This document shows, piece after piece, positions 55,569-64,000 of a stretch of DNA of 64,000 nucleotides. The DNA comes from a virus. The notes under the pieces are model-generated. The model was not told the DNA's origin and did not search any database. It worked only from the letters and a program-made list of their open reading frames with translations. The position numbers were made by a program, and so were the translations under genes. Within the stretch, counting starts at the first letter, position 1, and each line of letters begins with the position of its first letter. The stretch is from UHGV virus genome UHGV-0218015; one strand, 5' to 3'.

Positions 55569-55716
55569 TACAATTATAATGACTTAAAGGTAATCCTGCG
55601 AGATTGTTGGTTGAGGAAACCGTTCCTTGGTTTGCAATATAGTTGTTTGCATTAGCGGTGGTGATATATCCCTCCGCCGTTACTAATCTGTCGCGTATGT
55701 TTTTAAGACTTATCAT
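55507..55716 (-). CDS. Cys-rich peptide C (69 aa): conserved leader plus short C-x-x-x repeat core; putative RiPP precursor
   Basis: MISLKNIRDRL leader; core HYNCNGGCSWSCSGSCSK parallels peptides A and B; starts 3 nt after the stop of peptide B. Confidence 0.55.
   Translation of the reverse strand: MISLKNIRDRLVTAEGYITTANANNYIANQGTVSSTNNLAGLPLSHYNCNGGCSWSCSGSCSKGAGGGK
55514..55528. repeat. homopolymeric tract C9-G-C5 (+ strand) at the junction of peptide C and the 172-aa ORF
   Basis: TTACCCCCCCCCGCCCCCTT read directly from sequence. Confidence 0.9.
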
Positions 55717-55719
55717 TTC

Positions 55720-56118
55720 TTATCTTCCAGTACACGATTGCTGACATCCGCCTCGACATGAACCTGAACATGTTCCGGTGCAACTACTTGAACAACCGCC
55801 CGAGCAATTACCTGTGCACCCTCCTGAGCAGGTACTGCTACAACCTGTGCAACCTGTACTACATCCTGAAACACAGTTCGCTGAACAGGAAGAACCGCAG
55901 CCGCCGGAGGCGTTGCCGGTACAGCCGCCCGAACAACTTGAGCACGTCCAGCTACAGCTACCTCCACAGTCATAGTGATTTCTCGGCTGTCCTCCAAACA
56001 GATCGCTATTATTAGTGGCTTTACCACGAATATAGTTCTGCACCGCACCTGTATTTTTTAATGCAGTAGAGTCTATGTTATCTAGCCGGGCCTTTAAAGA
56101 AGATAAACCAATCGCCAT
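55720..56118 (-). CDS. Cys-rich peptide B (132 aa): about 50-aa leader plus (C-x-x-x)n core with about 21 Cys; putative RiPP precursor
   Basis: Leader LSSLKARLDNID...; core DCGGSCSWTCSSCSGGCTGN...CSGGCSSSCTGTCSGSCRGGCQQSCTGR with Cys at nearly every fourth position. Confidence 0.65.
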   Translation of the reverse strand: MAIGLSSLKARLDNIDSTALKNTGAVQNYIRGKATNNSDLFGGQPRNHYDCGGSCSWTCSSCSGGCTGNASGGCGSSCSANCVSGCSTGCTGCSSTCSGGCTGNCSGGCSSSCTGTCSGSCRGGCQQSCTGR

Positions 56119-56176
56119 TTTAATACCTACTGGTTTAGTGCCCCCTAGGACACATTATAATTCACTTTCTGTAAAA

Positions 56177-57091
56177 TTATCGTAGTTTTTCTGAGACTCT
56201 ATTCTTAGCCCCTACCACACGACGTATATAGTCGTAAGCATCTAATCCAACCTTTCTGGCCAAGTCACTACAGCCGTGTTGCGTTACGATTTCAACGTTC
56301 TTTACTTGGTTCTGGGCACCGTCAGACTCAATGCGAAAACAACGACTACATGTGTTACAGGGTTCATCAAATAACGCATTTAGCGTAAACGCACATTCAC
56401 TTCGATTGGACGAATTCAGTCTTTCTATATTCTCCTGAATTCTAAAATACCCGTAAATAAAGTTCATAACGTGATCGGGAGATAACGGTTTTGGCATGTT
56501 TTTGTCCAAAACCAGCGACATCTCACAAAAACCATAATGGTAAATGTGGTTATGTAACGCAATTATATCTTCGTACCAACGTTTATCCCCAATACGCTCG
56601 CGTGTCAAAACCGCCCAAGTACGAATATTTTTCAATTCGTAAATTGTCTCCAAAACCTCGTATTGTTTTTCTTCGATAATCCGCATGAACGGACGCTCTG
56701 ATTCTTTGAATCCATCCATGCTAAAAAAGATACTATCAAAACCCTTTAACAACGGTAGATGCGATTTACGCATTTTTAAACCATTGGTATACAGGTAATG
56801 TTCGCAACGAGGATACTTCTCCCTTATCTCTTCTATAAGGGTATCAATTTTACGCGTGGCAAGTAATGGTTCGCCCCCTGACCATTGGATATTTGTGATA
56901 GTCGGGTTATTTTCCAGCGCCTCGATAATACTTTCCTTTTGTACTTCTGCGGTTGTATCCTCTCTATGCATGTAATAGGCTCCGCCGCAGAAGCTACAGT
57001 CCAGATTACATTTGGATGTTGTAATCACGTTTAACGTTCTCGGATTACTGTAAAGCTTATCGGATACCGTCGGTCTAGTAAGTTCTTCCAT
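56177..57091 (-). CDS. radical SAM enzyme (304 aa), paralog of 53204..54142
   Basis: SKCNLDCSFCGG, QWSGGEPLL; shares identical nucleotide patches and PKPLSPDHVMNFIYGYFRIQENIERLN with the paralog. Confidence 0.8.
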   Translation of the reverse strand: MEELTRPTVSDKLYSNPRTLNVITTSKCNLDCSFCGGAYYMHREDTTAEVQKESIIEALENNPTITNIQWSGGEPLLATRKIDTLIEEIREKYPRCEHYLYTNGLKMRKSHLPLLKGFDSIFFSMDGFKESERPFMRIIEEKQYEVLETIYELKNIRTWAVLTRERIGDKRWYEDIIALHNHIYHYGFCEMSLVLDKNMPKPLSPDHVMNFIYGYFRIQENIERLNSSNRSECAFTLNALFDEPCNTCSRCFRIESDGAQNQVKNVEIVTQHGCSDLARKVGLDAYDYIRRVVGAKNRVSEKLR

Positions 57092-57110
57092 TCGAATTGA
57101 TCCTTATTTT

Positions 57111-57506
57111 TTATGGGTTAGAACAACCACCTGCACAAGAACCACTACACCCCGAGGAACAACGTCCAGCACATCCCCCACTACAAGTCCCACTACATCC
57201 TGAACAACCACCCGAACACGTTCCGCTACAACCACTGCATTGATTACCACACGCAGAGGAACAGCTTCCTACGCACACCGATGTACATGTACCTGAACAA
57301 CTCGTACAACCATGCGTACAACCGTTTGAGCATGTCCAGCTACAGCTACCTCCACAATCTAATCGACCGGGTGTCCAACCTGAAAATGAATCAGCAGCGT
57401 TATGTGCTTTCGACGCAACTTGCGGATCAACACGTGGGCCAGTTGCCATTTGGTTCTCTACGTTGGTGATTCGGTCACGCACATTTTTAACACTGATCGC
57501 CATCAC
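57111..57506 (-). CDS. Cys-rich peptide A (131 aa; ATG at 57503 likely start): leader plus (C-x-x-x)n core with about 23 Cys; putative RiPP precursor
   Basis: Leader MAISVKNVRDRITNVENQ; core DCGGSCSWTCSNGCTHGCTSCSGTC...CSGGCAGRCSSGCSGSCAGGCSNP; AAGGA RBS. Confidence 0.65.
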   Translation of the reverse strand: MMAISVKNVRDRITNVENQMATGPRVDPQVASKAHNAADSFSGWTPGRLDCGGSCSWTCSNGCTHGCTSCSGTCTSVCVGSCSSACGNQCSGCSGTCSGGCSGCSGTCSGGCAGRCSSGCSGSCAGGCSNP

Positions 57507-57515
57507 GTATCCTTA

Positions 57516-57560
57516 AAATAAAAAAGAATGGAGGACTACGTCCATAAACATAGTTCCTCC
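57516..57560 (-). terminator. putative rho-independent terminator or attenuator (- strand) between fibre genes and the Cys-rich/rSAM cluster
   Basis: On - strand: GGAGGAACT...AGTCCTCC hairpin followed by ATTCTTTTTTATTTT. Confidence 0.5.
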
Positions 57561-57570
57561 TGTAATTAAA

Positions 57571-58770
57571 TTATTTCGTACCTGCTTCTGCCTGAACGTC
57601 ATCACGGGACGTCAGGTTAGCGTTAACGTGTACTGAAGCCTGAACCACACCACCGTATTTCTTGTGGAGATAACCTGTGTGTGGGTTATCTGCCGCAATA
57701 TGGTTTTGTAGGTTCTGATTCGCCTGACTGATTGCGTTCGTGTTATTCGCAACCTGTTGTTTAAGCGCATCCAAGTTTTGTTGCAGATTATCAATTTTCT
57801 GATCGGTCTCATTACCCCGCTGTTCTAACGCAGCAATGCGCTGAATCGCTTGGTTGAGTTTGGTGTTCAGATCGTTGATATTTTTCTGTAACTGTAACAC
57901 TAACGAGTTTAGGTTCGCCAGCGCCAGTGCCATTTTCTGATAGTTTTGTGCAACGACGTTAAGTTGGTCGTTCCACGCTTCCAGAGATTTGACAACAGCA
58001 TCAATACGTTTTCCTAACGCTTCGTCCGCTTTCTTCAATGCATTGATATCGGCAATCGTTGCATCAATGGCTGTCTGAACACTGCGAATTAAAGCGCGGA
58101 TCTCCGTTTCCGTTAACCCGTTAACCTGATGAATATCCAGATGGTGGACATTACCAGTAGAGTTAATGTGCGCGTTCAGCGCGTCCAGGAAATCGTTTTT
58201 CAGGCTATCGAGAATCGCTTTGATGTTCTCAAGCTGTACAGCATCACCCGCAGTTATCGCATCTTTAATGCCAGCGAGCACTGTAATGATATATTCGAAG
58301 CCGTAAATATCACCGACGTCTTTATACGTTGGTGCTGAAGGAAACGTGTCCGGCACATTTCGCAAGTCTTTAAAGCCAACAGTTCGATTATCGAGTTTCA
58401 ACTCGGCAATCGCTTGCTCAATCGCGGTCACATTTGCAGACTGAGGACCACCAACTACTTGCGCCGATACCGTGATATCGGTCGGAATCGCGGTGTTCGT
58501 TACAACAACCGCCATTACCACTTCCCGGTTCTTCGTCAATTTCTCATAAGCCGGGTGTGCAAAAATCAGTTCATAGTCCGTTCCACGCTCATATGTCGCT
58601 CCAGGTCGATTGGCAACCCGCAAGCGGAACGTATCGGCATAAAACGGACCATCAGGGAAAGCAAACGCACGGTTAACTTTGCCTGTACCTAACGTAATCT
58701 GACGCTCCACGGCGTTAGAGGTTAGGGTTCCCGTTAAATCTAAAGGGTATTGGTATACAATGGAGGCCAT
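57571..58770 (-). CDS. fibre-like structural protein with long C-terminal coiled coil (about 399 aa from ATG 58770; track ORF extends to 58896)
   Basis: AAGGAGAG RBS 6 nt upstream of ATG 58770; N-terminal FPDGPFY motif shared with the 1728-aa protein; heptad-rich region (LEQRGNETDQKIDNLQQNLDALKQQV). Confidence 0.6.
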   Translation of the reverse strand: MASIVYQYPLDLTGTLTSNAVERQITLGTGKVNRAFAFPDGPFYADTFRLRVANRPGATYERGTDYELIFAHPAYEKLTKNREVVMAVVVTNTAIPTDITVSAQVVGGPQSANVTAIEQAIAELKLDNRTVGFKDLRNVPDTFPSAPTYKDVGDIYGFEYIITVLAGIKDAITAGDAVQLENIKAILDSLKNDFLDALNAHINSTGNVHHLDIHQVNGLTETEIRALIRSVQTAIDATIADINALKKADEALGKRIDAVVKSLEAWNDQLNVVAQNYQKMALALANLNSLVLQLQKNINDLNTKLNQAIQRIAALEQRGNETDQKIDNLQQNLDALKQQVANNTNAISQANQNLQNHIAADNPHTGYLHKKYGGVVQASVHVNANLTSRDDVQAEAGTK

Positions 58771-58810
58771 GGCCACTCTCCTTAATCCGAGACGTCCTTG
58801 TCTCGTGGCG

Positions 58811-61800
58811 TTAAGATGTAAACATAAGATTGAACTGGAGTTTATCGATATCGCGAGTTTGTGCTGGGTTAACCGCATCGTACGTGGTTGCCACATAGAC
58901 CGTTAACGTGCCGTCAGAATACGCGGTTTTCACCGGTGGTGTAGTCCCTGTCTGTCCATCAGTTACAATGACGACAGGTTGAGCCGGGAGTTGACGAAAC
59001 TGACTCTTAACCGCTTTATAGACCAAACCAGATTGTGCCGCTTGCTCTGTGGCGGTGTACACGATAAACGGTGTGTCGATATCTGTCTGTTTAATGACAG
59101 TGTTCGTCTCAACGTCAATCAGCTGAACAGCACCAAATTTGGTCCGGTAACTATCGTATTCATTTTTTGGAATGACAAACGTAGCATGAAGGCGGACTTC
59201 GGCGGCTGGCTTAAATCCCGCGTGTTCTTTTTCCAGGTAACTGTTAGCAGTTAGCGTTACTGTCTGTTCAGTCATCGTACCGCCAGACTGATTTAGCCCG
59301 TAACGAACTTGAGTTATACCTGTCGGGGCCGCAAGCCTGATTTTCAGTCTACGATTAGCAGTACCAGGATCGCCAGGTACTTTAACACGCAGACTCAATG
59401 CCAGATATGCATACTCGCCAGTAGTCGGTTTCGTATACGCGCCCAACCACTTCATGTTCGCGGTTGCTGCTTGTTTGTTCTCAGAAGCAGTAGCCGCTGC
59501 AACGTTCGCAGCAACCGCTTTCTGCCAGAACTGGTCAGCGCAGTTCTCATACGCCACCCTGCTGATACTTTTATAACCTGAATAGGTTTCCTGTACCGGC
59601 AACCTGGAACGTGTTGTAATCCCGGACAACGTATTCCATTTCTGACCATCGACATACCCAGCACCCTTGCTCGCAGATGCTGTAACGACTTTAACGGGTT
59701 TATTAACCAGCGTTAATAGTGGGCCAGTTTTCCTGTCGAATGCCTGCGCCACATCGTGTTGATCAACAATCGATGCATGATTTTCCAGCTCTTTTACGCG
59801 ACCTAACCGTTTTACTTTATCGATACTGATATCCGTAATACGGTTCGAATCAGTGGTTACAGTCCCAACAAACAGTCTCGACGAGGTATCAGCTAACTGC
59901 TCTAAACCGATGCGGTATTGGGCAGTAGAACCGACCACTTCAGCATAAACGTAGAACGTCTGGTTAGCATGATTAGTCGGGAATTCATCGCTTAAATCAA
60001 CGGACCATCTTGGAACGGTATATCTTTTATTTCCAAAACTTAACTCGGTTTCCTCCGTCAGATAGAAATTCCAACCGCTCTGTGTTTGTACGCCGCCAAT
60101 AATAATCTTATCGATAACAGTATATTTTTTGTTAAACAAATCAGAGATTCTATACTGTTCGCCACCGAGATACAACTCGTTTAAATCTTCCGAGTTACAA
60201 GTCAATAGCGCGATGCCCGAGAGATCGGGTATATAGACTTCAGATGTATTATTCAGCTTATACGTATAGCCCCACGCCCGATGAATTTCGCCGGTAAACC
60301 ATTCGCCTTTTTTAGTCAAGTTTATCCCAAAAGCAAAAGAAATCTCTGATCCTACAAGATTCCCACCAACCAGGTTATGTATTGAGAATCTGAACTTTTG
60401 TCCGTCTTGCGAATAAAGGAAAACTTGACCGGAGCGTTGTTTAAGTTCACCATTAAAAGCTGTGGGTGAGAGATTAATGGCGTTACTGGCCACTTTTTCC
60501 CTGAACGTCATCATTCTCGCTTCCGAACTAACGAACCTTATGACCCCGTTGGTTATAGTCGGTTTTACCTGAAAGAAGTAAAAAGCAAACTTATTTACCC
60601 CGTCAGTGTCTTTATAGATAAGACTCACTATCGCGATACAAAGCGGACCACCAGACATCGTTTGACCAAGCACCCAAAAGGACAAACTGTAGTTGTTCTT
60701 TTTGGTCTTAGCTACGCTAATCCGCTCATAGGCGTTGCCGTTAGATGCCCCGGAGAACTGGCTGGACTGAACAATATTAGTCAGCTTCGCCCATTCTGCC
60801 GCATCGATAGACAACCGATCACTACCCACCGTAGTGGTACCGTAAACAACTGTACACGGTTTACTTTCGGCACCGATAAAATAAGCCCCTTCTAGTAGGC
60901 CGTTCGGTATTTCTGGCGTAACAACCAGCGGTATATTTGTCAATATGCCGTATTCGTTCGCTGTTTTTTCAACACGGCGGGATGTTGGTCCAAAACCACC
61001 GTATCCAGGATAACCATAGGTCGTATTTTTATCATATTCGGCTTCAATGAAATAAGCCGATTTTTGATGTTTAAGCCATACTTTGTTTGTTCCTGGGAAG
61101 AACAATGGGAAGGTCATAGACGGTTTCCACACCGAACCCACCACAGGGTTTATCCGATTTTCAAACGTAGATTGCCCCTCATACCCCACACTCAACTTAA
61201 CATAGTCCAGATAACTAACTCCTTCTGGGAGTTTCTGGTAATGGAGAGATGGTGCGAGTTGTTTTTCTGTCGAACAGCAGCAAGAATAAACCATATCACC
61301 GACACAGATTCTATTGTCGGCCATATAGCCAGAACTTCGAGTAGCCCATTTCCATTTCAGCTCTATTTTTGTTCCGTCTTTTAAGTAACAACCTGTAGTA
61401 TCGATTTTGATTGGGAAGACGTTAGTTGTCTCTAACCCAACCTCCCCGGTTAATAGGTCAAGACGATAAGCACCATTCCATGGCCCGAATGTGGTACCTT
61501 TCGTTGAAGAAAAACCAAGACAAACACCAGACACGCCGACGGTTAACAAGTGACCGTCCTTAACAACGGGCGTTATCCATCTTGACGACCCTCTAGTTAA
61601 TTGTAAGTTCACTGTCCACAACGCTTTGCCTTCCGCAGTGAAGTAGGCAAGACGCTTCGTATTCGGATTATCTACATCGAACGCGCCAGGTTCAACCAAA
61701 TCGGCACACTTACCGATTTTTCGTGTAGACCTTAAATCAACCTGTTCAAACCGATCGGTTTTATTAAGCCGCAATAAGCCAACACGGAACATGGGTTGTG

Positions 61801-63997
61801 GGGTATCCTTAATGTAGTCCACCAGAGTATTGTTTTTCAGATCGGCCATTAGCATCGTACGCAAAACATAGACGCCGTTATCGGCTATGACCACACGATC
61901 CATGAACATATTCGGCACAAATTCCCATGTTGTTTCTGAAACAAATTCTGAGAAAGTTACCAACCTGACATCGGTATGTTTGGTGTAATCCATTGAACCG
62001 TTCAGTTTAACTAAATAATAATTATTGTCGCTGCCCTTCGCTATAAATGCTTCGGTACCAGTAACGGTAATTTCTTTTAGTTCCACCCCCGGATAATTCG
62101 TCTCTAACCCTTTCGGCTTATAACGGAAAGTTGTTTTGTAAATTTCACCGAGACTTTTGTCGTTTTTTAACCCAGCAACAGCGTAATAAATACCCTCAGT
62201 TCCCGGAAGGGCGGATTTAGAGCTAATTAAAGCATAAAGCTTACCTTGTTGTACCCCTATAACCATCTGGAGCGCATCCATGTTTTTACCATAACCTTCG
62301 TAATTACCCATCGACAAGATCGGCAATATCGAATTGTTGGTATATTTGCTCCCGGCCGTTGTCCATGAGGGCAAGAGGGTATTCAGTTTATCAGAGACCT
62401 TCTTAATCTCTTTTGCGAACAGCCACCCTTGGCGTGATGTGACGGCTTTATCATTCGTGGTATCAATCGCATCCCACAGCTGTAAGATACCGTCCACTGT
62501 TGCGCTACCAATCGGGACATTATCCAAATCAGCGGTAGTGTGCGTGTGTACCTTCAAACTTTTATTTTTCAGCACGTTCGCTAATGCTTTTGTTACCGGT
62601 TTAGCGATGGGTGTGGTGTTATTCATCTTATCGATACCGAAATCGGCCTTCGTTAAGGTTAACACCATGTTGTCGCCTGTCTTAACAAACCCTTTACCGT
62701 TAACCGTGTAGTCGTCGTCAACGTACAAGTCCAACCGGTTTTTTAACTCGGTCACAGCCTTTTGGGAAATAGCAGTGCCTAGCGCTACAGAGGTTGCGAT
62801 ATTCGTAATCGAAAACACCCCATAAACCGACTCGGTTGCTGTGGGAATATTCGCGTTCAACGTTAGTGGGTTAGACTGCTTCGCTGTACCGTACGGTTTT
62901 ACGGTATCTGACGATTTGAAATAGGCATTCGCTTCAAGTAACGTTACAGACGTCAGGTACATGTTCACCATTTCTGGTGTAACGAGATACACAGAGTTAT
63001 AGACCGGTGCTAATACATCCTGTTCTGACCCAGAGTGTACCCAAAGCGTATTCAGACCCGCACTGAACTCAACCGCTAAACCGGATTCGTTGTTGTCCTG
63101 GTCTGCTTTAATCACTAACGGCTGCGGTGAGGTAATTAACCACTTATCACCACGGATGCTGATGATGTGTCCGCCCGGCGTTTTAAACGTTAATTCATTA
63201 CCGTTCGTGGTGCCCCAACGACCGTAAACGGTACCGAGGGCTTCACCCATTAGCTGTTCAACGTCTGATTGCTCAATGCCCGCCGAACCCATCAGCGTAG
63301 CCAGTTGGTCAATTGTCAACCCAAACGCTTTTGTAGCGTCAACAGCACGTCCTAAAACCGGAAGGGCCCCAACGTCATTGGTCGTATACTGGTGAGCGTT
63401 AGGATTAAGGTGGTGTTGGTATAGTTCTTCATCGAAAATCTTTTTACCGTTCTCGTAAATCAGGTTAGTGACTTCGGTGAAGGCCGCATCTAACTCTGTT
63501 GAACGCTGAACGATTTTCTTACGGATATCGTTCAACGCTTTAACGACCTCGTCCCTCAGAATAGCTTCTTCTAAGTTAGCAGGGGGGTCGATTGGTTGAA
63601 TAACCGGCGCGTACGCCATTAACTCCGACCAGTCCACGTTACGCGGGTCTTTCAGGTCAGTACGAACTAAGAACTTCCCGATTTCAGATTGCGGTACACG
63701 ATACTGCCGTGCTACCCCTAAAATCTCATATTCGATTTCTGTTGCAGTAAGCAACATAAACCCGCCATAAATCTGATCTTGTTCAGCTTCTGCGAGTTCT
63801 TTAAAGTAATAGCCTAAATAGTAGTCCAACCCCTCAATCAGAGTACGACGTCCGTTAGGCGCGGTATCGTCGGCTACTGTGAGTTTTAATCCGATACGAT
63901 AAAAAGGTCCTTCAGGCGGAATGACCACGTTAAATCGGTTAGGGTACGTCGTTGTGCTTAGCGTACCGTTAAACTGCGCCGCGTCTTCTCTCGGCAT
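58811..63997 (-). CDS. very large tail fibre or baseplate-like structural protein (1728 aa); start is 3 nt from window edge so N-terminus may be incomplete
   Basis: 5.2-kb ORF, Gly/Thr/Tyr/Asn-rich; N-terminal PPEGPFY...GLDYYLGYYFKEL parallels the N-terminus of the 57571 protein. Confidence 0.6.
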   Translation of the reverse strand: MPREDAAQFNGTLSTTTYPNRFNVVIPPEGPFYRIGLKLTVADDTAPNGRRTLIEGLDYYLGYYFKELAEAEQDQIYGGFMLLTATEIEYEILGVARQYRVPQSEIGKFLVRTDLKDPRNVDWSELMAYAPVIQPIDPPANLEEAILRDEVVKALNDIRKKIVQRSTELDAAFTEVTNLIYENGKKIFDEELYQHHLNPNAHQYTTNDVGALPVLGRAVDATKAFGLTIDQLATLMGSAGIEQSDVEQLMGEALGTVYGRWGTTNGNELTFKTPGGHIISIRGDKWLITSPQPLVIKADQDNNESGLAVEFSAGLNTLWVHSGSEQDVLAPVYNSVYLVTPEMVNMYLTSVTLLEANAYFKSSDTVKPYGTAKQSNPLTLNANIPTATESVYGVFSITNIATSVALGTAISQKAVTELKNRLDLYVDDDYTVNGKGFVKTGDNMVLTLTKADFGIDKMNNTTPIAKPVTKALANVLKNKSLKVHTHTTADLDNVPIGSATVDGILQLWDAIDTTNDKAVTSRQGWLFAKEIKKVSDKLNTLLPSWTTAGSKYTNNSILPILSMGNYEGYGKNMDALQMVIGVQQGKLYALISSKSALPGTEGIYYAVAGLKNDKSLGEIYKTTFRYKPKGLETNYPGVELKEITVTGTEAFIAKGSDNNYYLVKLNGSMDYTKHTDVRLVTFSEFVSETTWEFVPNMFMDRVVIADNGVYVLRTMLMADLKNNTLVDYIKDTPQPMFRVGLLRLNKTDRFEQVDLRSTRKIGKCADLVEPGAFDVDNPNTKRLAYFTAEGKALWTVNLQLTRGSSRWITPVVKDGHLLTVGVSGVCLGFSSTKGTTFGPWNGAYRLDLLTGEVGLETTNVFPIKIDTTGCYLKDGTKIELKWKWATRSSGYMADNRICVGDMVYSCCCSTEKQLAPSLHYQKLPEGVSYLDYVKLSVGYEGQSTFENRINPVVGSVWKPSMTFPLFFPGTNKVWLKHQKSAYFIEAEYDKNTTYGYPGYGGFGPTSRRVEKTANEYGILTNIPLVVTPEIPNGLLEGAYFIGAESKPCTVVYGTTTVGSDRLSIDAAEWAKLTNIVQSSQFSGASNGNAYERISVAKTKKNNYSLSFWVLGQTMSGGPLCIAIVSLIYKDTDGVNKFAFYFFQVKPTITNGVIRFVSSEARMMTFREKVASNAINLSPTAFNGELKQRSGQVFLYSQDGQKFRFSIHNLVGGNLVGSEISFAFGINLTKKGEWFTGEIHRAWGYTYKLNNTSEVYIPDLSGIALLTCNSEDLNELYLGGEQYRISDLFNKKYTVIDKIIIGGVQTQSGWNFYLTEETELSFGNKRYTVPRWSVDLSDEFPTNHANQTFYVYAEVVGSTAQYRIGLEQLADTSSRLFVGTVTTDSNRITDISIDKVKRLGRVKELENHASIVDQHDVAQAFDRKTGPLLTLVNKPVKVVTASASKGAGYVDGQKWNTLSGITTRSRLPVQETYSGYKSISRVAYENCADQFWQKAVAANVAAATASENKQAATANMKWLGAYTKPTTGEYAYLALSLRVKVPGDPGTANRRLKIRLAAPTGITQVRYGLNQSGGTMTEQTVTLTANSYLEKEHAGFKPAAEVRLHATFVIPKNEYDSYRTKFGAVQLIDVETNTVIKQTDIDTPFIVYTATEQAAQSGLVYKAVKSQFRQLPAQPVVIVTDGQTGTTPPVKTAYSDGTLTVYVATTYDAVNPAQTRDIDKLQFNLMFTS

Positions 63998-64000
63998 CGT

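Noticed and set aside
55713-56048. ORFs on both strands (111, 85, 65 aa) overlapping Cys-rich peptide gene B
   Set aside because: Alternative-frame artefacts of the GC-rich periodic TGT/AGC/GGT coding; only the frame giving leader plus C-x-x-x core is paralog-supported
57281-57469. + strand 62-aa ORF inside Cys-rich peptide gene A
   Set aside because: Same artefact as above
58979-62711. Several + strand ORFs (77-125 aa) inside the 1728-aa - strand gene
   Set aside because: Embedded antisense to a continuous 5.2-kb ORF, no RBS
1-64000. tRNA or other structured RNA genes
   Set aside because: Intergenic regions are short (mostly under 120 bp) and are occupied by terminator/promoter elements; no cloverleaf-like sequence recognised by eye, though this needs tRNAscan-SE to exclude formally

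Overview
This window reads as a densely packed genome segment of a tailed dsDNA phage (Caudoviricetes), probably of an enterobacterial host; all calls are from reading the sequence and ORF track by eye, with no database search. Most genes lie on the + strand (1-50.6 kb) as compact arrays of small early-like genes with strong Shine-Dalgarno sites (recurrent CCTAAAGGAGTATTA context) and many hairpin plus T-run terminators. Recognisable products are Dam methylase, a thymidylate-kinase-like dNMP kinase, GNAT acetyltransferases, a RuvC-like resolvase, an HTH regulator, a GH108 endolysin and an M15 peptidase. A tail-fibre module (28.5-37.8 kb) holds a 1479-aa fibre with about six 38-aa repeats and a C-terminal peptidase-S74 chaperone domain, plus a 706-aa tailspike with a GQSN esterase motif. 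The - strand block (50.7-64.0 kb) carries two large fibre-like proteins followed by the most unusual feature: three radical SAM enzymes (one with a SPASM-like Cys cluster) interleaved with three paralogous Cys-rich peptides whose cores are near-perfect (C-x-x-x)n repeats, a RiPP-like cluster. Other notable signals are a conserved promoter-like motif followed by a covarying hairpin (three strong copies, two degenerate), four homopolymeric G/C tracts of 8-10 nt at gene boundaries, and several tandem paralog families. No tRNA, rRNA or CRISPR array was recognised by eye.
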